This document shows, in pieces, positions 51,842 to 61,701 of a DNA stretch of 64,000 nt. Under the pieces are notes generated by a model, which was given only the letters and a program-made list of their open reading frames with translations, did not search any database and was not told the DNA's origin. Source of the stretch: Patescibacteria group bacterium (GTDB lineage Bacteria; Patescibacteriota; Microgenomatia; UBA10105; UBA927). Where the stretch lies: the NCBI GenBank assembly GCA_038063875.1, contig JBBTUH010000002.1, positions 12,530-76,529 on the forward strand, read 5' to 3'. Numbering within the stretch: position 1 is the first letter of the stretch; the number at the start of each line of letters is the position of its first letter. The position numbers were made by a program, and so were the translations under genes.

Positions 51842-52723
51842 TTAAATGAATAATTCCCTCTGCAATAACGTTTTTTTATTCTTATACCAATCGTAGAGCC
51901 GAGACAGTGCTGTGTCAAAATCTGTATATTGAACGCTAGACAATTCTTTGCGTAGCCTGTCTGTGGCGCATGTATACTCTAAATTCAGCCCCTTCTTTTC
52001 AAGGAGTATAGGTATATTCTTTTTTGTAATTATAACAATACGCTGGGCTATTGTAACCAGATCAATCGGTATGCCGGTCCCGATGTTATATGTTCGATAT
52101 TGTTGATCATGTTCTACAAAATACTGAAGGATACGAATAAAATCATCAACATAAATATAATCAAATTTAACATTTTGTTTTATTACAATTGGTAAATCAA
52201 ACAACACGCGACAAAGGCTCTGGGAAATAAATCGAAACGCATATTCTTCATGTTTTCCATATATACCAAAAATACTAAGATTAAGCATGTTTAGCGGTGT
52301 CTCTTCTATAAATTTTGCACACACATACTTATACAATCCGAATTCATCAGTTGGTATACGCGTATCCAATGCTTCTTCACGCACACGTATAAGTGACGAC
52401 TGCTTTCCATATTGTGCACCTGAACCTAAGTAAATAAATTTTTTGAAATATCTATGATTATGTACAAGATTAAAAAAAATACGAAGATTATACGACATGA
52501 CATTAGAAACATTCTTTTCAGCTCTATTTCCACCGACATTTGCCGTGTGCACAACGACATCCACTGGATTCTGCTTTAAAAAAGCTTCCACACTGTCAAC
52601 GTTTCCAAGATCTAACTGTTTATGCGTGGGTGCTATAATGGCGTACTTTTCACCGAGCTGTTCTAGAATATTTCTTCCAATAAAGCCGCTGCCCCCCGTG
52701 AGAAAAATAGTATGTTTCCTCAT
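51842..52723 (-). CDS. NAD-dependent epimerase/reductase (extended SDR)
   Basis: TGGSGFIG, GSGAQYG, FGLYK in place of YxxxK, FDYIYVDD. Confidence 0.85.
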   Translation of the reverse strand: MRKHTIFLTGGSGFIGRNILEQLGEKYAIIAPTHKQLDLGNVDSVEAFLKQNPVDVVVHTANVGGNRAEKNVSNVMSYNLRIFFNLVHNHRYFKKFIYLGSGAQYGKQSSLIRVREEALDTRIPTDEFGLYKYVCAKFIEETPLNMLNLSIFGIYGKHEEYAFRFISQSLCRVLFDLPIVIKQNVKFDYIYVDDFIRILQYFVEHDQQYRTYNIGTGIPIDLVTIAQRIVIITKKNIPILLEKKGLNLEYTCATDRLRKELSSVQYTDFDTALSRLYDWYKNKKTLLQRELFI

Positions 52724-52726
52724 ATG

Positions 52727-53710
52727 TCAAATCACTCTATTAATTGGATTTCCTTCTAAAAAGGCCATAATATTCTCACAAGAAATTCGCAGAATAGTAT
52801 CCAATGCCTCTTTAGTATGATAGGCATTATGTGGTGTTATCATCACTCGTTTATCTACCATAAATTTATAATTAAGAGAGGTTATATCCAATGGGCCGCG
52901 CTTAGAACCACTATTATATTCCTTTAAACCTTGTTCATTTTCCAAAACATCGAGTCCAGCACCATAAAGAATTTCATGTTGCAAAGCCCAATGAATAGCT
53001 TGTGTCTCTATGATCTCACCGCGTGATGTATTAAGCAAAATACTTCCCTTCTTAAGGAAAGAAATATTGCCCATGTTTAACATATGGTGTGTTTCATCAG
53101 TAAGAGGTACATGAATCGTCACAATGTCGCTCTCTTTAAGCAATGTAGACAGATTAATAAATTTAACACCATGCATTTTTGCGCGTTTAGAACTCGGATG
53201 TTTGCTATTTACCAAGACACGCATACCAAAGCCTTTTGCAATCTCTGCTACCCGAACCCCAATATTTCCAAGGCCCACTATCCCGATCGTCTTGCCAAAA
53301 ATGTCAAATCCCTGTGGGCCAACAAGATACTGTCCTGTACGTGATACCTGAACACATGAGGCAATGTTGTGGGTGAGCGATAAAAGTAAACCAAACGTAT
53401 GCTCTGCTACCGCATTGGTAGCATATGAGGGAACGTTCGAGACAACAATTCCTCTCTGCTTACAGTAATCTATGTCAATATTATCAAAACCCGTTGATCG
53501 GGTCGCTATATACTTCAATTTTGGAAGACAGCTTAAAATATCTGCTGTGACCTGAGAAAAACTTCGTATATAGAGAATGTCTGTTTCTTTGATTGTTGCC
53601 GCGTTCTGTATCGTCAATGACTGCCTGTGAAATACAAACGTGTGTTCTGCTGGTAATGATGCAAATTTGATCCGTTCGTCTTCTGTAATATCAAAGAAAG
53701 AAATAATCAT
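52727..53710 (-). CDS. D-isomer-specific 2-hydroxyacid dehydrogenase (D-LDH-like)
   Basis: TRSTGFDNID, NVPSY..AVAEH, GLGNIG, NTSRG, LDVLE.E, TPHNAY. Confidence 0.92.
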   Translation of the reverse strand: MIISFFDITEDERIKFASLPAEHTFVFHRQSLTIQNAATIKETDILYIRSFSQVTADILSCLPKLKYIATRSTGFDNIDIDYCKQRGIVVSNVPSYATNAVAEHTFGLLLSLTHNIASCVQVSRTGQYLVGPQGFDIFGKTIGIVGLGNIGVRVAEIAKGFGMRVLVNSKHPSSKRAKMHGVKFINLSTLLKESDIVTIHVPLTDETHHMLNMGNISFLKKGSILLNTSRGEIIETQAIHWALQHEILYGAGLDVLENEQGLKEYNSGSKRGPLDITSLNYKFMVDKRVMITPHNAYHTKEALDTILRISCENIMAFLEGNPINRVI

Positions 53711-53726
53711 AAAACTCCAAAACAAA

Positions 53727-55541
53727 TTAGGGCTCTTTTATTGGATCAATTATCATATTTTTATTAAACTCTTTTCGGGATAAAAATGGCCACATATCTT
53801 CCATGGGCTTAGAGATGAGCTTACCATCTGCACGCACATATGAAGAAACTTTAGGAAGAAGCTGTTGCATCGGATCCATCATGATCTCAAGAAGATATGG
53901 ACCCGTTGTTTCAAGAGCACGTTGAATTGCTTTCTTTAACCCATTATGCCCATGTATTCTACTCGACTGAATGCCGTATGCTTTTGCTATTTTTTGCATG
54001 TTAGGAAAACTAATGCCACTTTTAGGACCTTCTCCTACAAGATGATTAAAAAAGTTAATTTGCGTATTACGAATGGCAACATACCCATCGTTATTGATAA
54101 GAAAAATCTTTATTGGCAATTTATGATAAACAATCGTCTGCAATTCTTGAATATTTAATTGAATACTCCCGTCTCCAGCAATACAAACAACTCTCTTTTT
54201 TCCGTTTGCAATAGATGCGCCAATTGCAGCTGATATGTCATAACCCATAGGTGCAGAACCAATGTTGCCGATGAGGCGTTGACTCTTTTTTAATCGAATA
54301 CTCTGATACGTACAAGTAAATGCTGTACCATCCGCAACTACGATTACCTCATCCTCCTTCATACAGTCGGAAAGTACATCTATAAAGTGATAGGAATTAA
54401 TGTATTTCTTCTGATCTCGCATTTCTGGGAGTACTGGAAGATATGTGTTCCTGATTCTTTTACAATATGCAAACCATTCTGGCCAATCGGAAAATACAAC
54501 TTTTTTTGTTTGCCGATCCATTTCTTCTATAAACACTTTAGCGTCGCAACAGATGGGAACATCTGGATGTACTGTTTTCTTTTTAAGTTCTTCTTTATCA
54601 ATATCCACCATGACATGTGTGGCACCACGAGCAAATGTGTCATAAGCATATGATATGGTCCACGTCGAAAGCCGTGTGCCAATGCTAATAAGGAGATCAC
54701 AATTTTGGACAATAAAATTTCCAACCCGCTCACCAAATAATGCAGGTCGACCAAAGAAAAGCGGATGATCTGATGAAATAATATCATGAGCAGTTACCGC
54801 GGTAAGTATTGGTACATTAAGCCGATCAGCAAGATGTAAGAATTCCTGTACTGCACCTGCCAGTCGGATGCCGTTACCTGCAAGAATCACTGGTCTTTTC
54901 GCGCGTTTAAGCAAAGCCACAGTTTTTGCTATATCTTTTTTCACCTTGTCGTTACTGTCTACATTAAGCTCAATTTCATTTGGATGAAACGCAGGAAGGG
55001 TATCTACATCAATCTGTGCTGCCTGAATATCCAATGGAACATCGATCCAACATGGTCCAGGTCTTCCATGCGTTGCTAAATATAATGCTTTCTCGAGATG
55101 ATACCGTATCTGCCTTGGATCAGTAATCATAACAGCATATTTAGTAATATTTTTCACCACATCTACTATAGGAAGTTCCTGAAGTCCGATTTGCCGCACT
55201 TTGGTATTACCTATCGTCATCTCCAATTTTGACTGACCGGAAATATACAATCCTGGAATAGAATCTAACCACATACCAATAAGACCCGTAATTGCATTGG
55301 TGCCGCCTGGACCAGTCGTCACCTGAACCGGAGCAATCTTTCCTGTAAGTCGTGTATACCCCTCTGCCGCAAACGCACAAGCCTGTTCATGATGACAACA
55401 CCAATAACGTAGACGCGAATTACTACCAAATGATTCATTAAGATGCATCGCCCCTCCACCAGTAACCATAAACGCGTCACGAATGCCGTTATTTACAAGA
55501 AATGAGACGATATAATCTGAAAGTTTAACGATTTTTGTCAT
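53727..55541 (-). CDS. ThDP-dependent enzyme, acetolactate-synthase fold (YerE-like)
   Basis: VTGGGAMHL, HHEQACAFAAE, TTGPGGTN, GRPGP, GDGS...N.QEL...NNDGY; embedded among rfb genes. Confidence 0.88.
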   Translation of the reverse strand: MTKIVKLSDYIVSFLVNNGIRDAFMVTGGGAMHLNESFGSNSRLRYWCCHHEQACAFAAEGYTRLTGKIAPVQVTTGPGGTNAITGLIGMWLDSIPGLYISGQSKLEMTIGNTKVRQIGLQELPIVDVVKNITKYAVMITDPRQIRYHLEKALYLATHGRPGPCWIDVPLDIQAAQIDVDTLPAFHPNEIELNVDSNDKVKKDIAKTVALLKRAKRPVILAGNGIRLAGAVQEFLHLADRLNVPILTAVTAHDIISSDHPLFFGRPALFGERVGNFIVQNCDLLISIGTRLSTWTISYAYDTFARGATHVMVDIDKEELKKKTVHPDVPICCDAKVFIEEMDRQTKKVVFSDWPEWFAYCKRIRNTYLPVLPEMRDQKKYINSYHFIDVLSDCMKEDEVIVVADGTAFTCTYQSIRLKKSQRLIGNIGSAPMGYDISAAIGASIANGKKRVVCIAGDGSIQLNIQELQTIVYHKLPIKIFLINNDGYVAIRNTQINFFNHLVGEGPKSGISFPNMQKIAKAYGIQSSRIHGHNGLKKAIQRALETTGPYLLEIMMDPMQQLLPKVSSYVRADGKLISKPMEDMWPFLSRKEFNKNMIIDPIKEP

Positions 55542-56295
55542 AAGATAAGGTGAGATAGAGTATATCAGAGAAGCTTTCTAGACGCTGCATGCTACGCAAA
55601 GAAGAAACTGAGACCACTTCACCAGCAGATAGAATCAACCTGCCATCACCATCATGCAACTTTCCTTTGAGTAAACAGAGAAGCTCTCCTCGCGCTTTAT
55701 TAATACAATCACCAACATCTTTCGTATATGAATGGCTTGCGATAGTAAGTAGTGTATGATCAAGTAATTTTTCCATTTTTTTACCATTGGAATATGTATG
55801 AAAATCTACATAGGTATATGCGTCGAGATTCTTTGACATTTGAGAGACTCCCTCATATCCTTGATCTTCTCTACCATATGCATCTTTTAGCCGTACAAGA
55901 TCTTTTTTATTCGGTGGACTTTCCACTTCTATAACGAGCGCCCCGCCTTTGGAAACTGCACGCGTAGTATGAAATACTCCCTCATCGAAGATTATTCCAT
56001 CTCCCTGCTTTCTGGTTAGCCAGCCCTCAAGGGTACTACACACAACTTCACCTGAAACAACTATTAAGGATGTTTTTTTATTGGGATGACAATGCATCGA
56101 CGTTTTATGATTATTATTTAAATTCAACACCCACGCTGCTACGAAAGGATTTTCATACAATAGATATTCATATCCCCATGGTTTATTAACCACAATACCC
56201 CGATAGTTAAAGTTATCGACATCTGTGGGAATTGAAGTACGAAGTTTGGACAAATTTTCAATATCAAACTTTGACCTATAAAATCGATTGATCAT
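55525..56295 (-). CDS. Cupin-domain protein (mannose-6-phosphate isomerase-like)
   Basis: KPWGYE, TSMHCHP.K, FH, E.ESP...DLVRL.D.YGR. Confidence 0.75.
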   Translation of the reverse strand: MINRFYRSKFDIENLSKLRTSIPTDVDNFNYRGIVVNKPWGYEYLLYENPFVAAWVLNLNNNHKTSMHCHPNKKTSLIVVSGEVVCSTLEGWLTRKQGDGIIFDEGVFHTTRAVSKGGALVIEVESPPNKKDLVRLKDAYGREDQGYEGVSQMSKNLDAYTYVDFHTYSNGKKMEKLLDHTLLTIASHSYTKDVGDCINKARGELLCLLKGKLHDGDGRLILSAGEVVSVSSLRSMQRLESFSDILYLTLSYDKNR

Positions 56296-56345
56296 AAAAA
56301 TGGAAAATCATGAATAATAAAACGCTCAACTAGAATGTTACGTCC

Positions 56346-56891
56346 TCATTCTTGTTTCTTACGTAAAGCTTCTACGATTTTATCACACCACGCCTCACTC
56401 GTTTCTGGTCTATCCGCTGTAATAAGATTTCCATCTACCACAACATTTTCAGAAACATATGTAGCTCCTGCATGAACAAGATCGGCTTTCATAGCAGGGT
56501 AACATGTCGCTTTTTTTCCATGAAGAATTTCGGCAGTACAAAGCACCCACGGACCATGACAAATTGCTGCAACTATTTTACCCTGCGCATTCATGTCTTG
56601 AATAAATTGTATAACCTTCTCATTTGAACGCACACGATCTGGACCCTCATATCCTCCTGGAAACAGTACTGCAACATAATCATCTGTCTTTAAGAGCGCG
56701 ATATGCACAGTCGGCTCTAGCTTATAACCTTTTTTTCCTTCAATTGTGACATCTGGTATTCTATAAAGTGTCGCAATATCAGTAGTAATTCCATGCTTTG
56801 GTAAATATTCTAAAGGAACTTTTACTTCCATTTCATCGAATCCATTACCGACAATCATAATGGCTTTCTGTTCTTTACTCATAGGGCACAT
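56346..56891 (-). CDS. DJ-1/PfpI family protein (deglycase/glyoxalase III/protease)
   Basis: GFDEME, PGG, AAICHGP, VVVDGNLITA. Confidence 0.92.
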   Translation of the reverse strand: MCPMSKEQKAIMIVGNGFDEMEVKVPLEYLPKHGITTDIATLYRIPDVTIEGKKGYKLEPTVHIALLKTDDYVAVLFPGGYEGPDRVRSNEKVIQFIQDMNAQGKIVAAICHGPWVLCTAEILHGKKATCYPAMKADLVHAGATYVSENVVVDGNLITADRPETSEAWCDKIVEALRKKQE

Positions 56892-56894
56892 CCT

Positions 56895-57680
56895 TTATTC
56901 TTGTAACCAATACATTTGATTTTTATCGACCAAATTTTGTAAATAAAGATAATCTCTATCCGTATCCAGCCATTTCCAAAACCCGCGATGCGGAAACACA
57001 GCAAGTTGTTTTTCATTTATAAGCTTTAAGAAAATTTCGGACTCCAATCGACACTCATTAAATGAAGTAAGATACGAAATAAGCTTGCTGCTTGCCACCA
57101 TATAGCCACCATTTACATAGCGTTGTTGTTTTATATTTGCTTCTTTTTTTGCATCATATGGTGCACGTATAATATTTTTTTCGACACTATATTCTCCATC
57201 ACGGTATGGTGGAATAACACCGGTAAGTGTTAATATTTTATTTGACATCTTATGAGAACGAAGTAACATATTTATATCAATATCTGCAATAGTATCAGAG
57301 TATGTAATAAAAAAATCTTCATCCTGAATATATTCTTTACATCTATGGATACGCGCACCGGAATTAGAATTTTCGCCGGTATCTACAAATGTAATGCGCC
57401 ATTTTTCCTCCTGATGTTTACTCAACAGATCAATTTTTGAAGATCCGAGTGACAATTGCATATCCGTCACATATTGATCATAGTGAAGAAAATAGTCTCG
57501 TATAAGCTCTCCCTTTGCTCCTAATGCAAGAATAAAATCATTGTGTCCTGCGAGAGCAAAACGCTTCATTATGTGCCAAAGCACAGGTCGATGCCCAAGC
57601 CGTACCATACCTTTCGGAATATAGGTTGACTCATCATAAAGTCGTATACCCCTCCCGCCGCATAAAATAATTACTTTCAT
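56895..57680 (-). CDS. Divergent glucose-1-phosphate cytidylyltransferase-like nucleotidyltransferase
   Basis: ILCGGRGIRL, PKGMV, LWHIMK, VDTG, NGGY, H.GFW..LDT. Confidence 0.8.
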   Translation of the reverse strand: MKVIILCGGRGIRLYDESTYIPKGMVRLGHRPVLWHIMKRFALAGHNDFILALGAKGELIRDYFLHYDQYVTDMQLSLGSSKIDLLSKHQEEKWRITFVDTGENSNSGARIHRCKEYIQDEDFFITYSDTIADIDINMLLRSHKMSNKILTLTGVIPPYRDGEYSVEKNIIRAPYDAKKEANIKQQRYVNGGYMVASSKLISYLTSFNECRLESEIFLKLINEKQLAVFPHRGFWKWLDTDRDYLYLQNLVDKNQMYWLQE

Positions 57681-58627
57681 GTGTTATTTAAATACCACAA
57701 ATACACTTTTGCTAGGACTTTTTTCAACGTATACGATGGAGCGTATCCTAATCCTTTCACCTTGTCAAAATTTAATGATTGGTAAGGTATTTCATTTTGC
57801 TGTGTATTAAGAATCGAGTATTGTACTTTTTTCTTCAACATTGTTTCAATCGTATTGATAACTTCAAGAACTGTTAAAGATTCGCCTGATGAAAGATTGT
57901 ATGCTTCTCCTTTAGACTTATCAATACAATCAAGAAGAACTCGATATCCGACTACTACATCCTTTACATATACGTAATCACGAACAAACATACCATCACT
58001 TCTTATATCTAATCTAGTATGAGTAATAATTGCATTAAGTACGCTCGGAATAATCCTATTAAAGTTTAAATCCCCTTCTCCGTATATATTGCCAAATCGA
58101 GTTACTACAATGGGCATATTATAAGTCTTAGCGTACGCAAGAGAAATTAAATCTGCAGAAGATTTTGAAACCTCATATGGATGATCGCCACGAAGGGGAT
58201 CAGACTCAACATACTTTTTTGTTGACTTGCCATACGCTTTGTCAGACGAAGCGACTATTATACCCTTAACGCTTCCATAGAGTCGCGCCGCTTCAAGTAT
58301 ATTCGTGGTGCCCAAAACGTTTGTAGTGATGGTTTCCCTAGGATTATTATACGCCGTAGTGACAATCGCCTGTGCCCCTAAATGAAAAATATAATCTATT
58401 TCATATTTGGTTACGATGTCAAACATTCGAGAAAAGTCTTTGAGATCACCTGAAACAAGAGTTACTTTCTTTGCAAGTTTTTGTGTGGCAAAATATGAAC
58501 CTGGATCAAGACTTCGAAAAGGCACGATTACACGAGATCCTTCAGAGATAAGGGATTCTACTAAATGGCTTCCAACAAATCCTGTGCCACCTGTAACCAA
58601 AATTTTTTTGCCTTTTAATTTTCCCAT
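57677..58627 (-). CDS. rfbG: NDP-sugar 4,6-dehydratase (RfbG-like)
   Basis: TGGTGFVG, HLGAQAIV, SSDKAYG, PYEVSK, GNIYG.GD; next to rfbF. Confidence 0.75.
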   Translation of the reverse strand: MGKLKGKKILVTGGTGFVGSHLVESLISEGSRVIVPFRSLDPGSYFATQKLAKKVTLVSGDLKDFSRMFDIVTKYEIDYIFHLGAQAIVTTAYNNPRETITTNVLGTTNILEAARLYGSVKGIIVASSDKAYGKSTKKYVESDPLRGDHPYEVSKSSADLISLAYAKTYNMPIVVTRFGNIYGEGDLNFNRIIPSVLNAIITHTRLDIRSDGMFVRDYVYVKDVVVGYRVLLDCIDKSKGEAYNLSSGESLTVLEVINTIETMLKKKVQYSILNTQQNEIPYQSLNFDKVKGLGYAPSYTLKKVLAKVYLWYLNNT

Positions 58628-59397
58628 AGCTTCCATGGTTGGGTATCTTGCCAATATGCATTCAAATGCTCTACATCAGCATATGTGTCCATGCAGTGCC
58701 AAAATCCTTCATGTTGATACATCGATAGCTGTTGTTGTTTTGCTAAGCGTTGAAGCGCTGGGTGCTCAGTTTCACCTTCCCGCAAATTATCAAAAAACTT
58801 TCTGTTAAAAATCATAAAGCCACCGTTAATCCAGTCCTTGAGTACCGGCTTTTCCTTAAACTGAAATACCGCCCGTTTAGCTCCAAGCTGTATGAGTCCA
58901 TATTTACTTCTTGGATGAACACCACTAATCGTACCAATTGTCTTCATTTTTTTGTGAAATGCGATTAGTTTAGAGATATTTATATCTCCCACGCCATCAC
59001 CATATGTAACCATAAAATCTTCATCAGCAGGAATGTAATCCTTACATCGCAGAATTCTCTCTCCGGGTAATGTTTCCTGACCAGTATCAACGAAGGTAAT
59101 TTTAAAATCATCAATTAACTTTCCGTCCGTCTTATCCCTATGAATCTTCGTTGCTCCAGTTTTTGTGTGAAGTGTAAAGTCATGCAAAAAATATTTTTGA
59201 TTTAAGAAATAATCTTTTATATAATCGCCCTTATAACCTAATGCAATAATAAATTCGTTAAATCCATAGTGGGCATAAATTTTCATGATATGCCACAAAA
59301 TAGGCTTTCCACCGATAAGCACCATTGGCTTTGGTTTAAACTCCGTTTCTTCCTTTAATCTGTATCCTAATCCACCAGATAAAATAATAGTCTTCAT
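58615..59397 (-). CDS. rfbF: Glucose-1-phosphate cytidylyltransferase
   Basis: GGLG.RLKEETEFKPKPMV, LWHIMK, TYGDG, FKEKP, INGGF, GFWHCMDT. Confidence 0.92.
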   Translation of the reverse strand: MKTIILSGGLGYRLKEETEFKPKPMVLIGGKPILWHIMKIYAHYGFNEFIIALGYKGDYIKDYFLNQKYFLHDFTLHTKTGATKIHRDKTDGKLIDDFKITFVDTGQETLPGERILRCKDYIPADEDFMVTYGDGVGDINISKLIAFHKKMKTIGTISGVHPRSKYGLIQLGAKRAVFQFKEKPVLKDWINGGFMIFNRKFFDNLREGETEHPALQRLAKQQQLSMYQHEGFWHCMDTYADVEHLNAYWQDTQPWKLWEN

Positions 59398-59407
59398 AAT
59401 ACAGTCA

Positions 59408-60385
59408 TTATAACGTATATCTCTTTACAAACAAACCTTTCGTCATCCAGAATGTTTCAAGAAACACCAAGCAAATCACAACAATCGGTAACAGCAGTAT
59501 ATTTCTATCTCTTCGCGATACCGAATCTGTAAACATGGTCCACATATACCAGAAAGGAAAAATAATTAATGGCAGCACAAATAACGGATATACAAATGAT
59601 AAAATTGTCAAAACGACTAACATAGGCTTCACGAGAAAAGGAATAAAACCAACTCCCATTTCCCTCCAATGAAGTCGTATCTGCAAAGCGTACGATATTG
59701 CTAAAAATTTTCTACGCTTCACCCAATCTTGCATGCTGTAATTTATGTCTCTTCCATGAAGATGAACCACACGAGCGTTTGTAACCGCTATCTTACCCAA
59801 GGAAGCTAATCGAAAATTCATATCTGCATCTTCAGATCCAATGTAATGATCAAAGTTTTTTGTATCATATCCACCCACACTCAAAAATATATCTCTATCA
59901 TAAGCGTCAAACTTACCATTCAAGCTATGACGCTTAGTTTCGACAACTGAAGCAAATAGGCATTTTTGCCAAAAATTATATTTATCCCATTCTATCTTGC
60001 GATGAACCACGTTAGGCATAGCAGCAATAAAGTTTTTTTTATAAACAAATGGACTCATCAATCGAGCCAACTCAAATTTCGTCGGCAACGTACTATCTGA
60101 ATGAAGTGTCACTATGTATTTACTTCGAGCAAGCGCCGCCCCTAAATTATAACTATGCGAAAGTCCGTATGTTTTCTTTCGTTGAATAATCTTGATAGGA
60201 ATTCTATGATGCATCTTTATAAATGCTTGTGCAACAGCGACGGACCGATCAGGTGAATGGTTATCTATAAGAAGCATTTTCTGTATCGGATAGGTTTGAC
60301 CGTAAATGCTTTTTAAAACATCAGCTAACACACGCTCCACTTTGTAGACAGGAATAATAATCGTCACCGTAGGTAGTTGTTGCAT
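59408..60385 (-). CDS. GT2 glycosyltransferase with C-terminal TMs
   Basis: IIIPVY, DNHSPD, HSD, GGYD, SEDAD. Confidence 0.85.
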   Translation of the reverse strand: MQQLPTVTIIIPVYKVERVLADVLKSIYGQTYPIQKMLLIDNHSPDRSVAVAQAFIKMHHRIPIKIIQRKKTYGLSHSYNLGAALARSKYIVTLHSDSTLPTKFELARLMSPFVYKKNFIAAMPNVVHRKIEWDKYNFWQKCLFASVVETKRHSLNGKFDAYDRDIFLSVGGYDTKNFDHYIGSEDADMNFRLASLGKIAVTNARVVHLHGRDINYSMQDWVKRRKFLAISYALQIRLHWREMGVGFIPFLVKPMLVVLTILSFVYPLFVLPLIIFPFWYMWTMFTDSVSRRDRNILLLPIVVICLVFLETFWMTKGLFVKRYTL

Positions 60386-60391
60386 AATTGT

Positions 60392-60592
60392 CTACTCAGT
60401 ACATGTATGTACAGTTCCTTCTGGGACATGTTGGTTACATTTTGGACAATGCTCACACTTAACAAACGCATGCCCCTTCATCGTGCATCCCTGCGGCGCT
60501 TTGCATTCTTTTAATCCTTGGTCATACTGCTGCTTCATAATAATTGCTATGCATGTTCCGGTACAAATATAGTGTTTTTCCATGTTGCTCAC
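60392..60592 (-). CDS. Small Cys/His-rich putative metal-binding protein
   Basis: 66 aa, HYICTGTC...C....C...CEHCPKC...HTC; coupled into the operon. Confidence 0.65.
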   Translation of the reverse strand: MSNMEKHYICTGTCIAIIMKQQYDQGLKECKAPQGCTMKGHAFVKCEHCPKCNQHVPEGTVHTCTE

Positions 60593-61701
60593 CCCGCTTT
60601 CTCAAGCACTGCTAATGCTTGGCTATAATATTTTTCATATTCAAAACACTGTGCAAATGCATGTACACCTTTTTGGTATGCGCCACATCGTCTTTTAATG
60701 CGTTTTAACGCGACAGCAAACTCTGCTACTTCATCTATGAGTTCACCAGCCATATAGTGCTTTATATATGGCGCTATGGCAGACGTGTTTGTCATAATGA
60801 CTGGTAGTCCCATTTCTATATATGTTTTTACCTTCCCCGGATCCGTATAGTGTGTAGCCGTATACTCTCCCTTTTCATATAACGCAATGCCAACATGATG
60901 AACTTTTGCTATTTTTTTCAATTCATCGTCATCCACGAATCTGTTGGGAAACCATACGCGATCAGAAATCTTATATTTTATTAATAGAGAATTATATTTC
61001 TCAAAAAGATTTTTTTCACACACACCAATAATTGATAATTCTACCTTTGGAGTATTTTTTATAAAAAGTAACAAATCTTCTATGCCCTGTGAAGGTCGTA
61101 TAGCACCCACAAACAACAATTTAAATGATGAAGTAATTTGCTTTTTTGATCCCGTATATGGTTTTACTCCCCACATAACTGTTTTTTTATTCGCAAGTCT
61201 AACGACCTTGCCATTAAAAATTTTATTAATTCTGTCACTTAAATAGTATGTATACGAAACTCGGTCATGATAATATTTTTTTAGTTTTTCAAAAAGAATG
61301 AGCGACCAATGCACTGGAGGAAAATAGTCTCCTATCCAATATGCATACTCCACACTTCGCAATAATTTCATCACACTCATACCGATAAATGCTACAGGAT
61401 GTCCGCCAAATACCAACACATGCTCTAAGCGTGAAAAATACTGCAGCAGAAAAAGATTATGGTGATACCACCATAAGAAATAATAGAAAAATATATTTGT
61501 TGACGAACCAACGCTATGCTCGTGCGTTAATATTCCTCGATCATACACACGTAGGGCATTGGTACCACCATTCACTCTCGGCATGATTATATATACAACA
61601 AGCTTTTTTGTGTGACGAGCAAAATATTCCATTGTATGCCCGACGCTTTGCAAGCTTGCGTAAAGAAATATAGTGTCATAGTAAAATACGGATTTTTTCA
61701 T
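60589..61701 (-). CDS. GT4-like glycosyltransferase
   Basis: YWIGDYFP, FVGAI..QG, YTDPGKVKTYIEMGLP. Confidence 0.82.
   Translation of the reverse strand: MKKSVFYYDTIFLYASLQSVGHTMEYFARHTKKLVVYIIMPRVNGGTNALRVYDRGILTHEHSVGSSTNIFFYYFLWWYHHNLFLLQYFSRLEHVLVFGGHPVAFIGMSVMKLLRSVEYAYWIGDYFPPVHWSLILFEKLKKYYHDRVSYTYYLSDRINKIFNGKVVRLANKKTVMWGVKPYTGSKKQITSSFKLLFVGAIRPSQGIEDLLLFIKNTPKVELSIIGVCEKNLFEKYNSLLIKYKISDRVWFPNRFVDDDELKKIAKVHHVGIALYEKGEYTATHYTDPGKVKTYIEMGLPVIMTNTSAIAPYIKHYMAGELIDEVAEFAVALKRIKRRCGAYQKGVHAFAQCFEYEKYYSQALAVLEKAG

Noticed and set aside
53727-55541. Acetolactate synthase for branched-chain amino acid synthesis (ilvB)
   Set aside because: No ilvN/ilvC/ilvD nearby, and the context is nucleotide-sugar biosynthesis.
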